A stretch of DNA of 62,810 nucleotides, counting the filler, from Rhabdomonas costata (Eukaryota), in NCBI GenBank assembly GCA_019059605.1. It is 34 parts of 34 records of this genome, joined end to end, with 100 filler letters (N's around TTAATTAATTAA, not from the genome) between each part and the next. Parts side by side here need not be neighbours in the genome. Positions count along the whole stretch, not along the records: positions 1 to 1,758 come from JAHMHO010009588.1; positions 1,859 to 3,610 come from JAHMHO010009589.1; positions 3,711 to 5,462 come from JAHMHO010009590.1; positions 5,563 to 7,314 come from JAHMHO010009591.1; positions 7,415 to 9,166 come from JAHMHO010009592.1; positions 9,267 to 11,017 come from JAHMHO010009593.1; positions 11,118 to 12,868 come from JAHMHO010009594.1; 27 more parts are not named here. The stretch is one strand, 5' to 3'. Shown here piece by piece: positions 1 through 11,603 of this stretch. A program made the position numbers and the translations under genes. Position 1 is the stretch's first letter; every line of letters begins with the position of its first letter. Under the pieces are notes generated by a model, which saw only the letters and a list, made by a program, of their open reading frames with translations, searched no databases and was not told the origin of the DNA.

Positions 1-1758
1 CCATTTTGCGCCAAACAACACTGAAAATGGTAAAAATCGACATTTGGGGGGTTTATCAGAGACGAAATAGCCTAAAATGGCCTAAAATGGCCTAAAAGAG
101 CCTGAAAGAGCCTGAAATAAGACCTAAAGACGAGAAACGAGAGTAAAGCGAACATTAAATTGACATAAACGGGAACAACCAGCCCTAATTATTCACTGTA
201 TTGCGTTTTCTTCCTACCAATAACCGATTGGTCACGATGCCCAAACGATGCCCAAGTCAATTTCCTCGATATCCAGCACGATGCCCGTTATTTTTGACGA
301 TACCCAGTATTGTGTAAAGGGTTATAAATAATTAGACCTTTATAATAATGCTGGGCATCGTCAAAATAACGGGCAACGTGGTGGGCATCGTACAAAATGC
401 GTTGGGCATCGTGCAAAATGAGCTCGGTACCGTGCAAAAACACGCCTAGAATGCCTCACCCATCACACAAACCTGAAAAACCCAACATTTACACCGCTAA
501 AAGGCTTTCGACGCGGTAAAACTTGCCCTGTAACCCGCAGAAAGCCTCAAAACACACCACGAAGGAAACAAAAGTGCACTTTTGCATCCAAAAACAACAC
601 CCCACACCTGAGTAGAGTGCTTTCTCTGGGGTCTAGAGCGTACAGTTTGAAGTGTGCTATGGATGTGGTCGTTTCGATATGCACAAGACTCTTCTCGGTG
701 CTCATTACACTACGCTCCCTCAAGCCGTCACCCAGACGTCTGAAAATGACTTTTTCGCAACGGCGGATTCCCAGCACCTAAACCTCCCGATTTTACCGCC
801 CCCCACAGGGTGGTGACACAGAAGCCTACGGCGTCGCTCCGCTCCGTGCTAAACTATGGCGGAAGCACACAAGTAAGGTTGAAAAGAGAGACAGGCATGG
901 ACTTAAATGGCCATTTTGCGCCAAACAACACTGAAAATGGTAAAAATCGACATTTGGGGGGTTTATCAGAGACGAAATAGCCTAAAATGGCCTAAAATGG
1001 CCTAAAAGAGCCTGAAATAAGACCTAAAGACGAGAAACGAGAGTAAAGCGAACATTAAATTGATATAAACGGGAACAACCAGCCCTAATTATTCACTGTA
1101 TTGCGTTTTCTTCCTACCAATAACCGATTGGTCACGATGCCCAAACGATGCCCAAGTCAATTTCCTCGATATCCAGCACGATGCCGTTATTTTTGACGAT
1201 ACCCAGTATTGTGTAAAGGGTTATAAATAATTAGACCTTTATAATAATGCTGGGCATCGTCAAAATAACGGGCAACGTGGTGGGCATCGTACAAAATGCG
1301 TTGGGCATCGTGCAAAATGAGCTCGGTACCGTACAAAAACAAGCCTAGAATGCCTCACCCATCACACAAACCTGAAAAACCCAACATTTACACCGCTAAA
1401 AGGCTTTCGACGCGGTAAAACTTGCCCTGTAACCCGCAGAAAGCCTCAAAACACACCACGAAGGAAACAAAAGTGCACTTTTGCATCCAAAAACAACACC
1501 CCACACCTGAGTAGAGTGCTTTCTCTGGGGTCTAGAGCGTACAGTTTGAAGTGTGCTATGGATGTGGTCGTTTCGATATGCACAAGACTCTTCTCGGTGC
1601 TCATTACACTACGCTCCCTCAAGCCGTCACCCAGACGTCTGAAAATGACTTTTTCGCAACGGCGGATTCCCAGCACCTAAACCTCCCGATTTTACCGCCC
1701 CCCACAGGGTGGTGACACAGAAGCCTACGGCGTCGCTCCGCTCCGTGCTAAACTATGG
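1..1758. repeat. Head-to-tail tandem repeat, unit about 900-910 bp, 1.9 copies
   Basis: ccattttgcgccaaacaaca starts at 1 and 911; copy 2 lacks one 10-bp subunit (cctgaaagag), has a 1-bp deletion and a few substitutions. Confidence 0.97.
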
Positions 1759-1858
1759 NNNNNNNNNNNNNNNNNNNNNNNNNNNNNNNNNNNNNNNNNN
1801 NNTTAATTAATTAANNNNNNNNNNNNNNNNNNNNNNNNNNNNNNNNNNNNNNNNNNNN
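1759..1858. other. Artificial contig spacer (first of 33; recurs about every 1.85 kb up to 60961-61060)
   Basis: N-run + TTAATTAATTAA (stops in all six frames) + N-run, 100 nt each; separates contigs of near-identical length. Confidence 0.99.
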
Positions 1859-2263
1859 GGGTTTGTGTGAAGGGACCTAACGGCCACTTGACGATGTTGT
1901 TCACAGGGCACTGGCGTTAGGGGTGAGACAACCTGTGTCAGCTATTCTGGCGTATTCTGGGTTAGTGTTAGGTGTTCTGTTTTGTTCGCTCGTTAATCGT
2001 ACATATTGTAGTTTAGAGGGGTTCGAAAAATCGGACAGGTCAACGCTCGCCCCCCTGAACTTTAGTTTTTGCATGGAGGACGTTTGTCGCGCAGTGCACG
2101 AGCGCGCATACACACATACACACGCGTACAATACAATGATCCGTCTGGTTTTCTGCTTTGCTTTCGTGATCGAAGGCAGATCTAGATTCTGTTGTTGTTG
2201 TTTTGAGGGGCTGGATATTCTCTCTTGTGTCTGGTGCGGGTGTGGGCGCGTTGCTCTGTGCAG

Positions 2264-3259
2264 GACTGTCAGGGCAACTCTCCCCTGCGCTGCGCAGCCG
2301 CCCTAAAGGATGCCCCGGAGAAGCTCTTCCAAATCTTGGTCGACGAGGGTGCCTTAGTAAATGCCATTCAGGTGCCCTTTTCTGCCTTTTTTCTCTTGAG
2401 CTGTAAACTGTTGCCATCGGATGTGATCTTTCTTCGTCATTGGGGTTAGGTTTCGTTTTGCAGCCGAATTTGAAGAACACGTGGTGCATCCATGTGTCAT
2501 GGGAATGTCCCCTTACATGCAAATTGTAATAGCGTTTTGGAAGTATTCTGAGGTGCTTTTGTGCCTGTGATTGTGCCTGTGATTGGCTTCTTTGCATTGA
2601 CCTGGAGCTCGGTGTATTTTAGCTCACACAGAGGAGCGCGGAGAGGGCAAGCTCTGCGGGAGAAAAGCGCCTGTTCCTCCTCCCCTCCTGCCGGGATGAT
2701 GTTTTCCCATATGTTTTCTCGGCTGCTTAACAGGTGCAGGGTGCTGGAAATAGTGGCAACCCATCGAAGGCATGCCCTCCTCCAAATGGAGAACAGCCAC
2801 GTGCTTGGATTGCTTTGGTAAACTAGTGTTTGGGCAGGTGCATGGCACCGTGGAACCCAGCCACCCGCCTCACACGTTGCTCCTCAAGGCTGCCGATGCA
2901 TCACAGCATTTCCACTTAGCTTGGGTGTATGCTGGGAACGGAATTGTTACCTTCCATCTTGCGCCGGAAAAAGAAAGAAAAGGCACCTTACCCTCCTTCA
3001 CCAGCTGCCATATTTTGCTGTTGTGGCATTTGTGCTGCAACGTGCTCCTCAGGCCAAGATGGGCGACGGTGTGACTCGAGGACCCGATTGGTGCCAAGGG
3101 GAACAAGACGGGGGTGCGGGCCGCCGTGGGCGTGTTGTGCGGATCAATGGCGACGGCCAGCGCGGAGTGAAGTGGGATGCTGGCGGCGAGGTTAACCACT
3201 GGTGCCATTGCAGTGCTGGCGAATCCTACCTCGACCTTCTTGTGGTGGACATCACAGAG
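2264..3259 (+). CDS. Ankyrin + MIB/HERC2 domain protein fragment (Mind-bomb/HERC2-like ubiquitin ligase family), possibly degenerate
   Basis: AG/GT-bounded exon 2264-2371 DCQGNSPLRCAAA...LVDEGALVNAIQ (ankyrin); exon 3053-3259 GDGVTRGPDWCQGEQDGGAGRRGRV...VKWDAG...LDL matches the MIB/HERC2 RGPDWxxgxQDGG motif. Confidence 0.7.
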
Positions 3260-3967
3260 GTGCTGACAGTGTTGCGCTTCTGCGCGCCGCCAGAACAGAT
3301 GTTAAAACCCTTTGCCATTGGGCTCTGGGAAGTGTAACTTGAATTCGTGCATGGATTACCGAGGTGGGGGCGTCCTAACAATATCTTAACTATGCCAATG
3401 GAAATTTACGGGGAAAGCCTGTTTGTTTTATAGGAAGCCCCACTACCATTGGAAACAGATTCTATATCAACAGCCCAAAATCCGACCGCGGCAAAAAAAG
3501 CCCGTTGTTTAGAAGTTTAGTAGTGTTGCCCATTGTGGAGTGTCCCCCCTTAGGGTCGGTGAAAACCCGCTAATTGATTCTGGGCTGCTATTAGATGAGA
3601 ACAAAACAACNNNNNNNNNNNNNNNNNNNNNNNNNNNNNNNNNNNNNNNNNNNNTTAATTAATTAANNNNNNNNNNNNNNNNNNNNNNNNNNNNNNNNNN
3701 NNNNNNNNNNTTTTTGGTGTGTGCAAAACGTCTCCTTTTGAAACATTCCTCGTTTGAGGTGAAGCGGGAGATATGAAGGGATCACTTTTAAATTCAGCAC
3801 GCGACACGTCTTTCAAGGGTCAGATGGAATGATAGAAAGGTGACAGGAAAATGTGCTTTGTGGTGGAGGGTTAACGTGGTATTTCGTCACATTTCGTTCC
3901 TTCAAATAAATCTGTTGCTTGCTGTATTTTTTAAGGCCACCCGAGCTTTTTTTGGGGAGGGGTGCAC

Positions 3968-5201
3968 CGGTGGCGCGAGAGAGGCTGTCGTTCTGGAACA
4001 ACGCCTGCAAGGGGACGTAGGTGTCGCGCTCCGCGCGGACCTTGTACTGCACCTGCACCGGGGCGGGGCCCTCGAAGGTGGCCGAGGGCTGCACCTCAGT
4101 CTGCAGGGGCCGTTGCACTCTGAGATTGATGGAGAGTGAGAAAGGCAAGGGCGAGGGCAAGGGCATGTCAGCATCACCATTTTCCAAATACCGGCATTTC
4201 AATAGAAGTTTCAATAGAAGAAAACGATTATAGAATTAATACCGCATTCTGGTTAAAGGGCTCATCCTTTGTTGTTGTGGTGTAGTACGCTCGGGGTTTT
4301 TAATTGTTTTTGTTGTTGGGACTTTTTTGGGTGCTGCAAGGTGGAGCCTATATGACATACAAGGGGTTGAGTTGCGGTAACTGAATGTGCACTTCCTGCA
4401 TAAAAAAGCAAAGGAAGAAAAGGAGTTCACTGTATATAGCAAACCTAACATCAAAAAACATTACCAACATCCGTTGAGTATCTGCTCGACAGGAGACCCC
4501 CCGGTGTAACCTTCCTGTGGGAGGAAAGCTAGCCTCATTTTACCATAAATAGGTTCGCTGCAACTGTAAGGGGGGCAAGCAAACATTAGGAGGGAAAGCC
4601 ACAGCACACAGGGATGAAGTCTGAGACCTATTTTACCTCCACAGAAAACACACCCACACACAAGCCTCAGCCACACCTCAACACAGTCAACTCAGCAAAC
4701 TCACTACAGCAAGGCCACAAGAAGCGTTCATTCATGCGTACTCCTCACTTTCACTGTCACTTTCACTTTCATCCCTCCTTTGCCACCCGTGCACTGACTT
4801 GGGCTCCGCAGTGGCCTGCCCAGCTTGTGCGCCAACCCCCGCTTTCTGGACGCGGCCCTGCAGGCAAGCGAGATAAAACAGGGAGGGAGGCACACCTGTG
4901 CCAATACGGGAAGATAGTTGGGTGAAAATGGCTGCAGAATGGGGGGCCTTGCTACTCGGTAGCGAGCTGGTGCTAGCAATCTGAGTCCTGGGTTGGTACA
5001 GAGCTTTACTTTCGGGGCAACACAACACACATGTAAATCAGATAACCATGCAAGAAGTAGTGCGTGGACACCTTTGAGGTCTGAGCCATCGCGGGATGGG
5101 CTTTTTCATCGGAACCCGCGGCAAGGGTCTTCTTCTTGCCTTTCTTTCCCTGCACCTCGGTGAACCCCGCGAGCTGCTCCTCGTCCACAACCCACTGCCT
5201 C
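3968..5201 (-). CDS. Multi-exon gene fragment, unknown product
   Basis: GC3-rich AG/GT-bounded exons 5072-5201 (RQWVVDEEQLAGFTEVQGKKGKKK) and ~3968-4100 (TEVQPSATFEGPAPVQVQYKVRAERD), with candidate micro-exons 4465-4514 and 4361-4395. Confidence 0.5.
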
Positions 5202-5562
5202 CTGGGAGGTAAGGATGCACGCCACCGGTGTATTGTTAATCGTGTGTGTTCGTATGTGCAGGAAGGGGTGAAGAGTGGGGGTTGCGGCGCTCACTCAGGT
5301 CCATCATATTCGCTGTGGTTTACGCTTGATGCATCTGGACATGCAGAGATCTCCCCAGAGTGTACCAAATCAGAATCAACATCGCTGTAAAAATAAAACT
5401 GACGATATGGTGGTGTGCACATAGCACTGAATAAAGCACAACCCCCCCAAACACACCCACAANNNNNNNNNNNNNNNNNNNNNNNNNNNNNNNNNNNNNN
5501 NNNNNNTTAATTAATTAANNNNNNNNNNNNNNNNNNNNNNNNNNNNNNNNNNNNNNNNNNNN

Positions 5563-7120
5563 GTGCGTGGTGAGGCTTAGTTGGCATGGGGCGAGTCATG
5601 CGCGTACCTCACGGGTTGTCACACGTTCATGACCTCATGTATCCAGAGACACAACACCGTACATGCCATGGTAGGAACGTAGGTGCATAGTTTCCCTCTT
5701 AATTCTACTATGTGTGTGTTAGAACCAGGTGTTGGGATAGGCGTAAGGTGAACGTCACCATGGTTATGCTGCCGATGCACAGTGTGGTACGCCATAGTAG
5801 TTGGAACCTGTTACTATCCATTCACTCAGTGGTGGAGGTGGTGGTTGGCATGTCCTACGGTAGCACCTCATGTAGAAGTAGTGTTAGCCTAACGTTGGAT
5901 GTGCTCTACCATACTCTCTCATCCGGTGGTGGTGTAAGGCGGTGGTAGCGTTACTCCTACCCACTCACCTTCCAGTAGTGGTACCGTAGCGTATTCCTTG
6001 TGTGTACGTTGTGTTATCCTATTGGTAGCGTGGTGGTGATGGCGTGATGTCATTGTCGCTTTGATGCCATCGGTGGTCATGGCGTGGTACACTGGTTGTG
6101 GAAATGCCTACCGGGTGATGCCAAGGCCCAATGGAAGGGTTGATGCGTAGTTGAGGTCGCCGAGACCCACATGCATGTTGATGCCCTTCTCTTGATGTCA
6201 TGGTCTCACCTCACCTCATTCCTCACACAACCATTGTCGTCACCACCATCACCCTTCTGTCCACGTGACATGATGGTACGATGATGCTGATGGATGCCAG
6301 GTTCCACGTCATGCTCTGTGTCCATGGCACCACCACACCCAGCGATGTCAGTTTGAAGGTGGGATGGTCCAGCGGAGCCCAGCATGCAACGTGAAATGGT
6401 GAAAGCTACCGACCCTAACCCTGATTTTGTAGAGTGAGGGATGTTGATGCGTAGAGGTATCAAGGCATAAGGCTGATGCTGCATGCTGATTTCGATGATG
6501 TCATGACCCTACGCAACGAAACCAACCCATGGTGTGGTGAAGGAACCCAACGTAGTGGAGTAAGAGAGGCGATACAGTGGTCACTCCCTCCGACACCCTA
6601 ATGTGCCTACGTTCTCTCCAAACTCACTAAGAGAAAGAATAGAGAATGCGTGGTTCATTCCACGACTGACGTCGGTACACTCACATGGTCACACTCGCTC
6701 TTCTCACTGCGTTTGATGTCGCTCCTGTTCCTTGTTGTTGGTCGGTCACACTGGCTCATGATGTTCGCTCCTGTTCTCTCCTGTTGTCATGTTCCTCCAG
6801 TCGACATTCATACTCGCTGCGCTCGTTATCATGTATCCATGTCGTCACTAGTCACTGCGTTCCTTGTTCCTCCTTCTATGCGTTCTTTCGATCACGGTTC
6901 ACACTCGACATTCACTCCGTTCATGTCTACTGTTCACTGGTCGCTGCTTCACATTCACACTCATACTTGCGATGCTCCTGTTTATGTTCCTCCTGACGTC
7001 ATATTCACTCTCAAACTCGCTTCACTTTGTTGCGCTCCTGTTCGTGTTCATGTTCCTCTTTTTAGCCACGGTTATAGGGTTCACACTTGAAACTCACTCG
7101 CGATGGTTGTTCATGTCTCC
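5563..7120 (-). mobile_element. Decayed repeat-family element (copy A) with pseudogenised ORF and hairpin array
   Basis: 6062-6175 aligns by eye with 57526-57640; minus frame HVGLGDLNYA...ITR*A...YHAMTTDGI; degenerate pyrimidine-rich repeats at 6680-7110. Confidence 0.55.
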
Positions 7121-7414
7121 TGCCCAAATTTTCCCACCAAAACATCTCCCACAAGATCACAACCGGGCACCGAGATGGCTGTGACCTAAACTGAGTGATT
7201 CGGACTGATCCGCGGCCCAATCCTCAACAAGGATAAAATCCCACACAATTTGCCAACTGGATGAAGCCGCTATTAAGTAGGAAGGGTAAAAATAAAGGGT
7301 CCACAACAACAACCNNNNNNNNNNNNNNNNNNNNNNNNNNNNNNNNNNNNNNNNNNNNTTAATTAATTAANNNNNNNNNNNNNNNNNNNNNNNNNNNNNN
7401 NNNNNNNNNNNNNN

Positions 7415-8488
7415 GTTTTTGTTGTGCGGGAGCTGACTGGAAGCATGAGCCGAGTAGCGGGAATGCAGCTTGAGGGTGTTGTTCCCTCGTGGTCATCTTT
7501 TGTGGAACTGAATGATCTGCACCAGGCCTTCAGTGCGATGGTGAGGAGCTTGGAGCACTACCGGCATTTTCTTCCCAGAACAGTGACCAATGATTCCGAC
7601 TCACTCAAGTGTGCAAGGGTGGCTTCATCTACCCAATGCACACATAGTCCTACTTGCTGTGGGGTGGTTAGTCCATTGGAGCCTGGCATTGCTATGAGCC
7701 CCCCAGGAAGTCAGGCCAGCTCGTTTGGCCGCTCCGGTGTTCCAAATCCTTTGGATTGCCAACCCTCATCCATCACAGGGGCTTCTATGGAGCTTTTCCC
7801 AGTTGCACCAAGAGTGGTGCATGGCCGACCCTCCTCCCTCGCTCCTTCGGGGGCAGTGGGTGTCATTCCGCAGATCTCCACGACTGTGTGTGTCTCCCAG
7901 ACTGGCGCCTCCGTATTATCGCAGTATGTGCGCTTCTTCTCTCCACTACCCCTTCCCCATCAGGCAAGAAATTTTTCCGGCACCTGACGTGGACCTTTTT
8001 GTGAGAGTGTTCTGTCTGGCGTCCGCAGGAAATTTACAAAGCACGCATACCGTGTGCCGTTTGTTTGTTCAACATTTCTGGCACCTTAACACAGGTGCCT
8101 CACTCCCGCCATGCTTGGCCGAAGAGTGGCCGACATGCTGGCCTTGCTGAAGTCCTGCCTGGGGGAGTCCAGCTCGATGAGCTTCTTTGGGGACCAGCTG
8201 CTTGCGCTGTACCAGAGGCCGGGGCACTGCACGGCTGCGGTGCGTGCGGTATCCGCATTGCTGGCTTCTTCGGGTGCGGGGAGGTTCGGGTTCTGTGTGG
8301 GGATGTCGAGCGGGCGAGTGCTGGCATGCTCGATGGGTTCGTCGGTGTGGCGGTCATGCAACGTGGTTGGAGCTGCGGTGCGGACGGCGAGTGTGTTGTG
8401 CCAGTTGTGTAAGGCTGCGGAGGTTGACGTTCTTGTAGACGAGGAGGTGATGGAGAAGTGCCGATTTGAATATTCCTTTTCTCCGGTG
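7415..8488 (+). CDS. HAMP + degenerate class III nucleotide cyclase (receptor-type pseudo-cyclase) fragment
   Basis: HAMP/helical segment ELNDLHQAFSAMVRSLEHYRHFLP; phase-2 GT-AG intron 7924-8094 joins in frame to SFFGDQLL...GMSSGRVLACSMGS...NVVGAAVRTASVL...VLVDEEV. Confidence 0.7.
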
Positions 8489-9502
8489 TTGTTTACGTTT
8501 TTTTTCCTCTTTACCGGTGTGTGTTTTTGTGTGTTTTTGTGTGGTTTTTGTCCCTCGCCTTGAAGTGTCCCGGCCCACTTGGGTCACAACCTTCGGATCC
8601 GCTGCGATGATAATATGCGATGATAGCGGAAGTCCCGTGGAGCCGTTGTCATAAAACATTGGCCAATGCCCACGGATTCTTCGGTTTACGGCAAGTCTTG
8701 ATTTTGGGAGAGTTGGGTTTACTAATTAGACACGTTGGAACTTGATCGCCAAGGAAAGATCCTTCGGAATGGATACGAGCGGACTCCTTTGGAAATACGG
8801 GGAATTCTATCGGTCGTTGCCCTCCACCTCCATCCAAAGTGTTTCAAAGCGTCGCCCTCCAGCCCCGATAGTTTCTGCCCGAGCTGGGGAAACGGCAGAC
8901 GTGTGTTGACTGCTTTCACAGAGAAAGAAAGGGAAGGGAAGAATTTCCCTTCAGCATTTTTGTGTTGTCAGGTAGCCATGGTTCGAGGCAGCAGATCGGG
9001 CCATGCGCGGAGCTGCCATTGCCTCCGCAGCGCGCTTTCCGCTGAGAGTGTGAACCACAGTGGTATTTTTCCGCCGCTTTTTTTTCACCCGTGTGGTTGC
9101 CAAAAGATGTTGTCCCCCTTTCAATGAAATTCTCGCACTGATCTGGCGTGTTGTAAGCACCACCCCNNNNNNNNNNNNNNNNNNNNNNNNNNNNNNNNNN
9201 NNNNNNNNNNTTAATTAATTAANNNNNNNNNNNNNNNNNNNNNNNNNNNNNNNNNNNNNNNNNNNNGGTGTTTTTTGGTCAACTTTTCCAGACGTTGTTG
9301 TGGGAAAGAGACTTCTCGCGATTCCCGTGGTTTTCTTCTTGGATGCTCCTCGCTGAGGCAAGTGCGCGGAATGCGATGGAAGCGGATGGTGTGACACCGT
9401 TTGCTTTTGGTTTCAAGAGGACATAGGTCGACAAGGTTTTGCTGATCCCGCCGATTCCGTTTGGCTGAAGGGCCCATTTCATAATTCAACCAAAACAAAC
9501 AG

Positions 9503-10940
9503 GGGTGCACACGCTGATGTTCCATCCCTTCAACCCCTTGCTGATCTCCTCGGACTCGATGGACGGTGTGTTGCGGGAAACACTGGGAAGGGAAATGAGC
9601 CACTTTTTTCCCCAAAACAACCGGGGCACTAGCCGTTGTCATCGGTCCCAGGAAAGGATTTTTCCTCACACAGAAAATTCCCAAATTGCTCAAGCTCGAA
9701 ATATGTGACCGTGTGACCATGTGTGCAGGTGTGTTTAGGCGAAAGAGATTCAATGGACACGATTGTTTCATCTTCCCAAGAACGGGTCAATTGTCGTAGC
9801 TTGCCAAGCAGCCGTGGATTCACAGGAAAGAAACTCCAATCCCTCATTTACCCTCCTGATGCGCTTCAACACTGTGTTTTTCTTTGGCATGTCCGCATCG
9901 GTCGCTTTAGTGCCCACAAATGCTTTTCCAGATGTTCACTACCCAACTTTGTGTAAGCATTTGTCCCGCATGATGATTAAAATCTAGACTACTTTTTACT
10001 TCAAAAAATCTGTCGTAAGTTAAAAAGTTTGCGCGTTTTGTCACAAGACCGCGGTCTCGAGAGTGACATATGGATCGCAAAGGTTTTTCTTTTCGTGGCA
10101 CAAGGGGTTCATGCGGTCACAGAGGTTTCCTTTCGTTCCAGGATTGCCAGGATTGGCATGTTTTGGTTTTTATATTGGGATTTGAAATGGGCTGGCGGGG
10201 CAAAGGGATTTACGTGTGGAACCTGGAGGAGCTGCGCGCTGTGAACGCCTTTCGGGCAACTCGAAACCTCGAGAACGACTGGAGGTCCTATCAGCCCGGT
10301 ACACGCACATACATACACAATCACTGAACGGATGTGTGTGGCCACGCGCAAGCCACGGGTCCACGGAGACTTCAGAGGCAGGACGAAGCCACCGTGGGCA
10401 ACAGCTTGTGCGCTATGCGGCCGTTACACGCTGAACGGCTGTGGATCCGTGTCACATCTTAGTCACTACGTGTGGGTGTGCAGGCGGGTAGGGTCAAAAT
10501 GTAACCTTGAAAAAGGTGTTCGGGGCAAAAAGAAACGTTATATTATAACGAAAACTTCCATGGTTGCAAACAACCAGGAAAAAGAAGCGATTCAGAATGT
10601 ATTGAAATGTAAATAAATAATAAAGCTTTCTTTCAATGGTGAACTTAGGTAATAAAATACATTTCGGAAGGGATCCATTCCATTCACTCACGGGGTGAAA
10701 ACCGAAGTTCTGTTGGTCTCGGTAACCAGAACATTGTCCTTTCTTCGCAAAACGTATGTGCATCTCTTCCCCATACCCTTTGGCTGAAATAAAGCTTCAG
10801 CTCTCAATAGGGATGCTCCAGCAACGGGTGTGAACGTGCGTGACTCTGTATGTGTGCATCACTACGTGGGCAGACGGCACGGCGGCGTCGCTGAAGAGCT
10901 TCATCTCCCTCACCCTTGCCAACCCCAGCAAGGAGCCCAG
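9503..10940 (+). CDS. RAPTOR/KOG1-like WD40 region (TORC1 subunit), partial
   Basis: Exons 9503-9565 (HTLMFHPFNPLLISSDSMD), 10206-10298 (GIYVWNLEELRAVNAF) and 10874-10940 (SFISLTLANP) are phase-compatible and follow the RAPTOR FHPFxP...VWN...NxF...I..l..N pattern. Confidence 0.55.
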
Positions 10941-11603
10941 GCATTTCTTTTACCGACGTCGTCACCCCTTGCGGATTTGTTTCCATTGTTCTGACACGTT
11001 CAACGTCAGAAAAAACANNNNNNNNNNNNNNNNNNNNNNNNNNNNNNNNNNNNNNNNNNNNTTAATTAATTAANNNNNNNNNNNNNNNNNNNNNNNNNNN
11101 NNNNNNNNNNNNNNNNNCGGCCGCTCGGCGTTCCCCAGGTCTACCTTCACCTCTCATTCTGTATTAGAGTCAACCTGGCTTTCAAACAGCAGAAAGGTGG
11201 TGTTCGCACCCCCCCATGTTTCATTCGATTCTCCCCCACTCTCTCGCTCGCTCGCTTTCTCTGGTGACCTTGAGGTCACCTCGAGGTGGAAGTTTCCGTG
11301 CTTCCCTGCGCTGTCGGTTGCGCTCCCCTCGGTTGGTGGCTGCGCCGGGGTCGCTGCGAGGGTCCCCCTCACTCTGTGAGAGCAGACGCATATATCTCAG
11401 GTGGTGAAGGTCAGTGAGCAGACGAGCACGCGTGAATTCAGACAACAGCATATGGAATTACATTTTTGTTGTGGAAAGATGCGGATCGAAGGCTTTTGAA
11501 GCCAGTGGAGCGATATGAACGTGGTCTATCCTTCTGTTGTGAGGGAGGAGTTGAAGTGTCCACCTGTTTGTGGGGCCCATTGGACGCTGGCTGCTCTGCG
11601 CAG

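Noticed and set aside
547-777. Duplicated 76-aa ORF (also 1446-1676)
   Set aside because: Non-ATG start, no recognisable motif; duplicated only because it lies in the tandem unit.
1-1758. Kinetoplast minicircle
   Set aside because: Bent-DNA pattern is present, but CSB-3 (GGGGTTGGTGTA) is absent on both strands and the two copies differ, so it is not a simple circular overlap.
2735-2830. ZZ zinc finger between the ankyrin and MIB/HERC2 exons
   Set aside because: Only partial Cys spacing (CWK*...TCLDCF) with an in-frame stop; no supportable exon model.
4119-4514. Possible selenocysteine: splicing exon 4465-4514 to 4119 creates GC-TGA-VQ in frame
   Set aside because: An intervening micro-exon (4361-4395) and an alternative acceptor at 4100 give a stop-free path; no SECIS or known selenoprotein context is visible.
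6680-7110. CRISPR-like array (also 58095-58390 and 61143-61255)
   Set aside because: Repeats are degenerate or directly tandem, with no constant repeat plus unique spacers and no cas genes.
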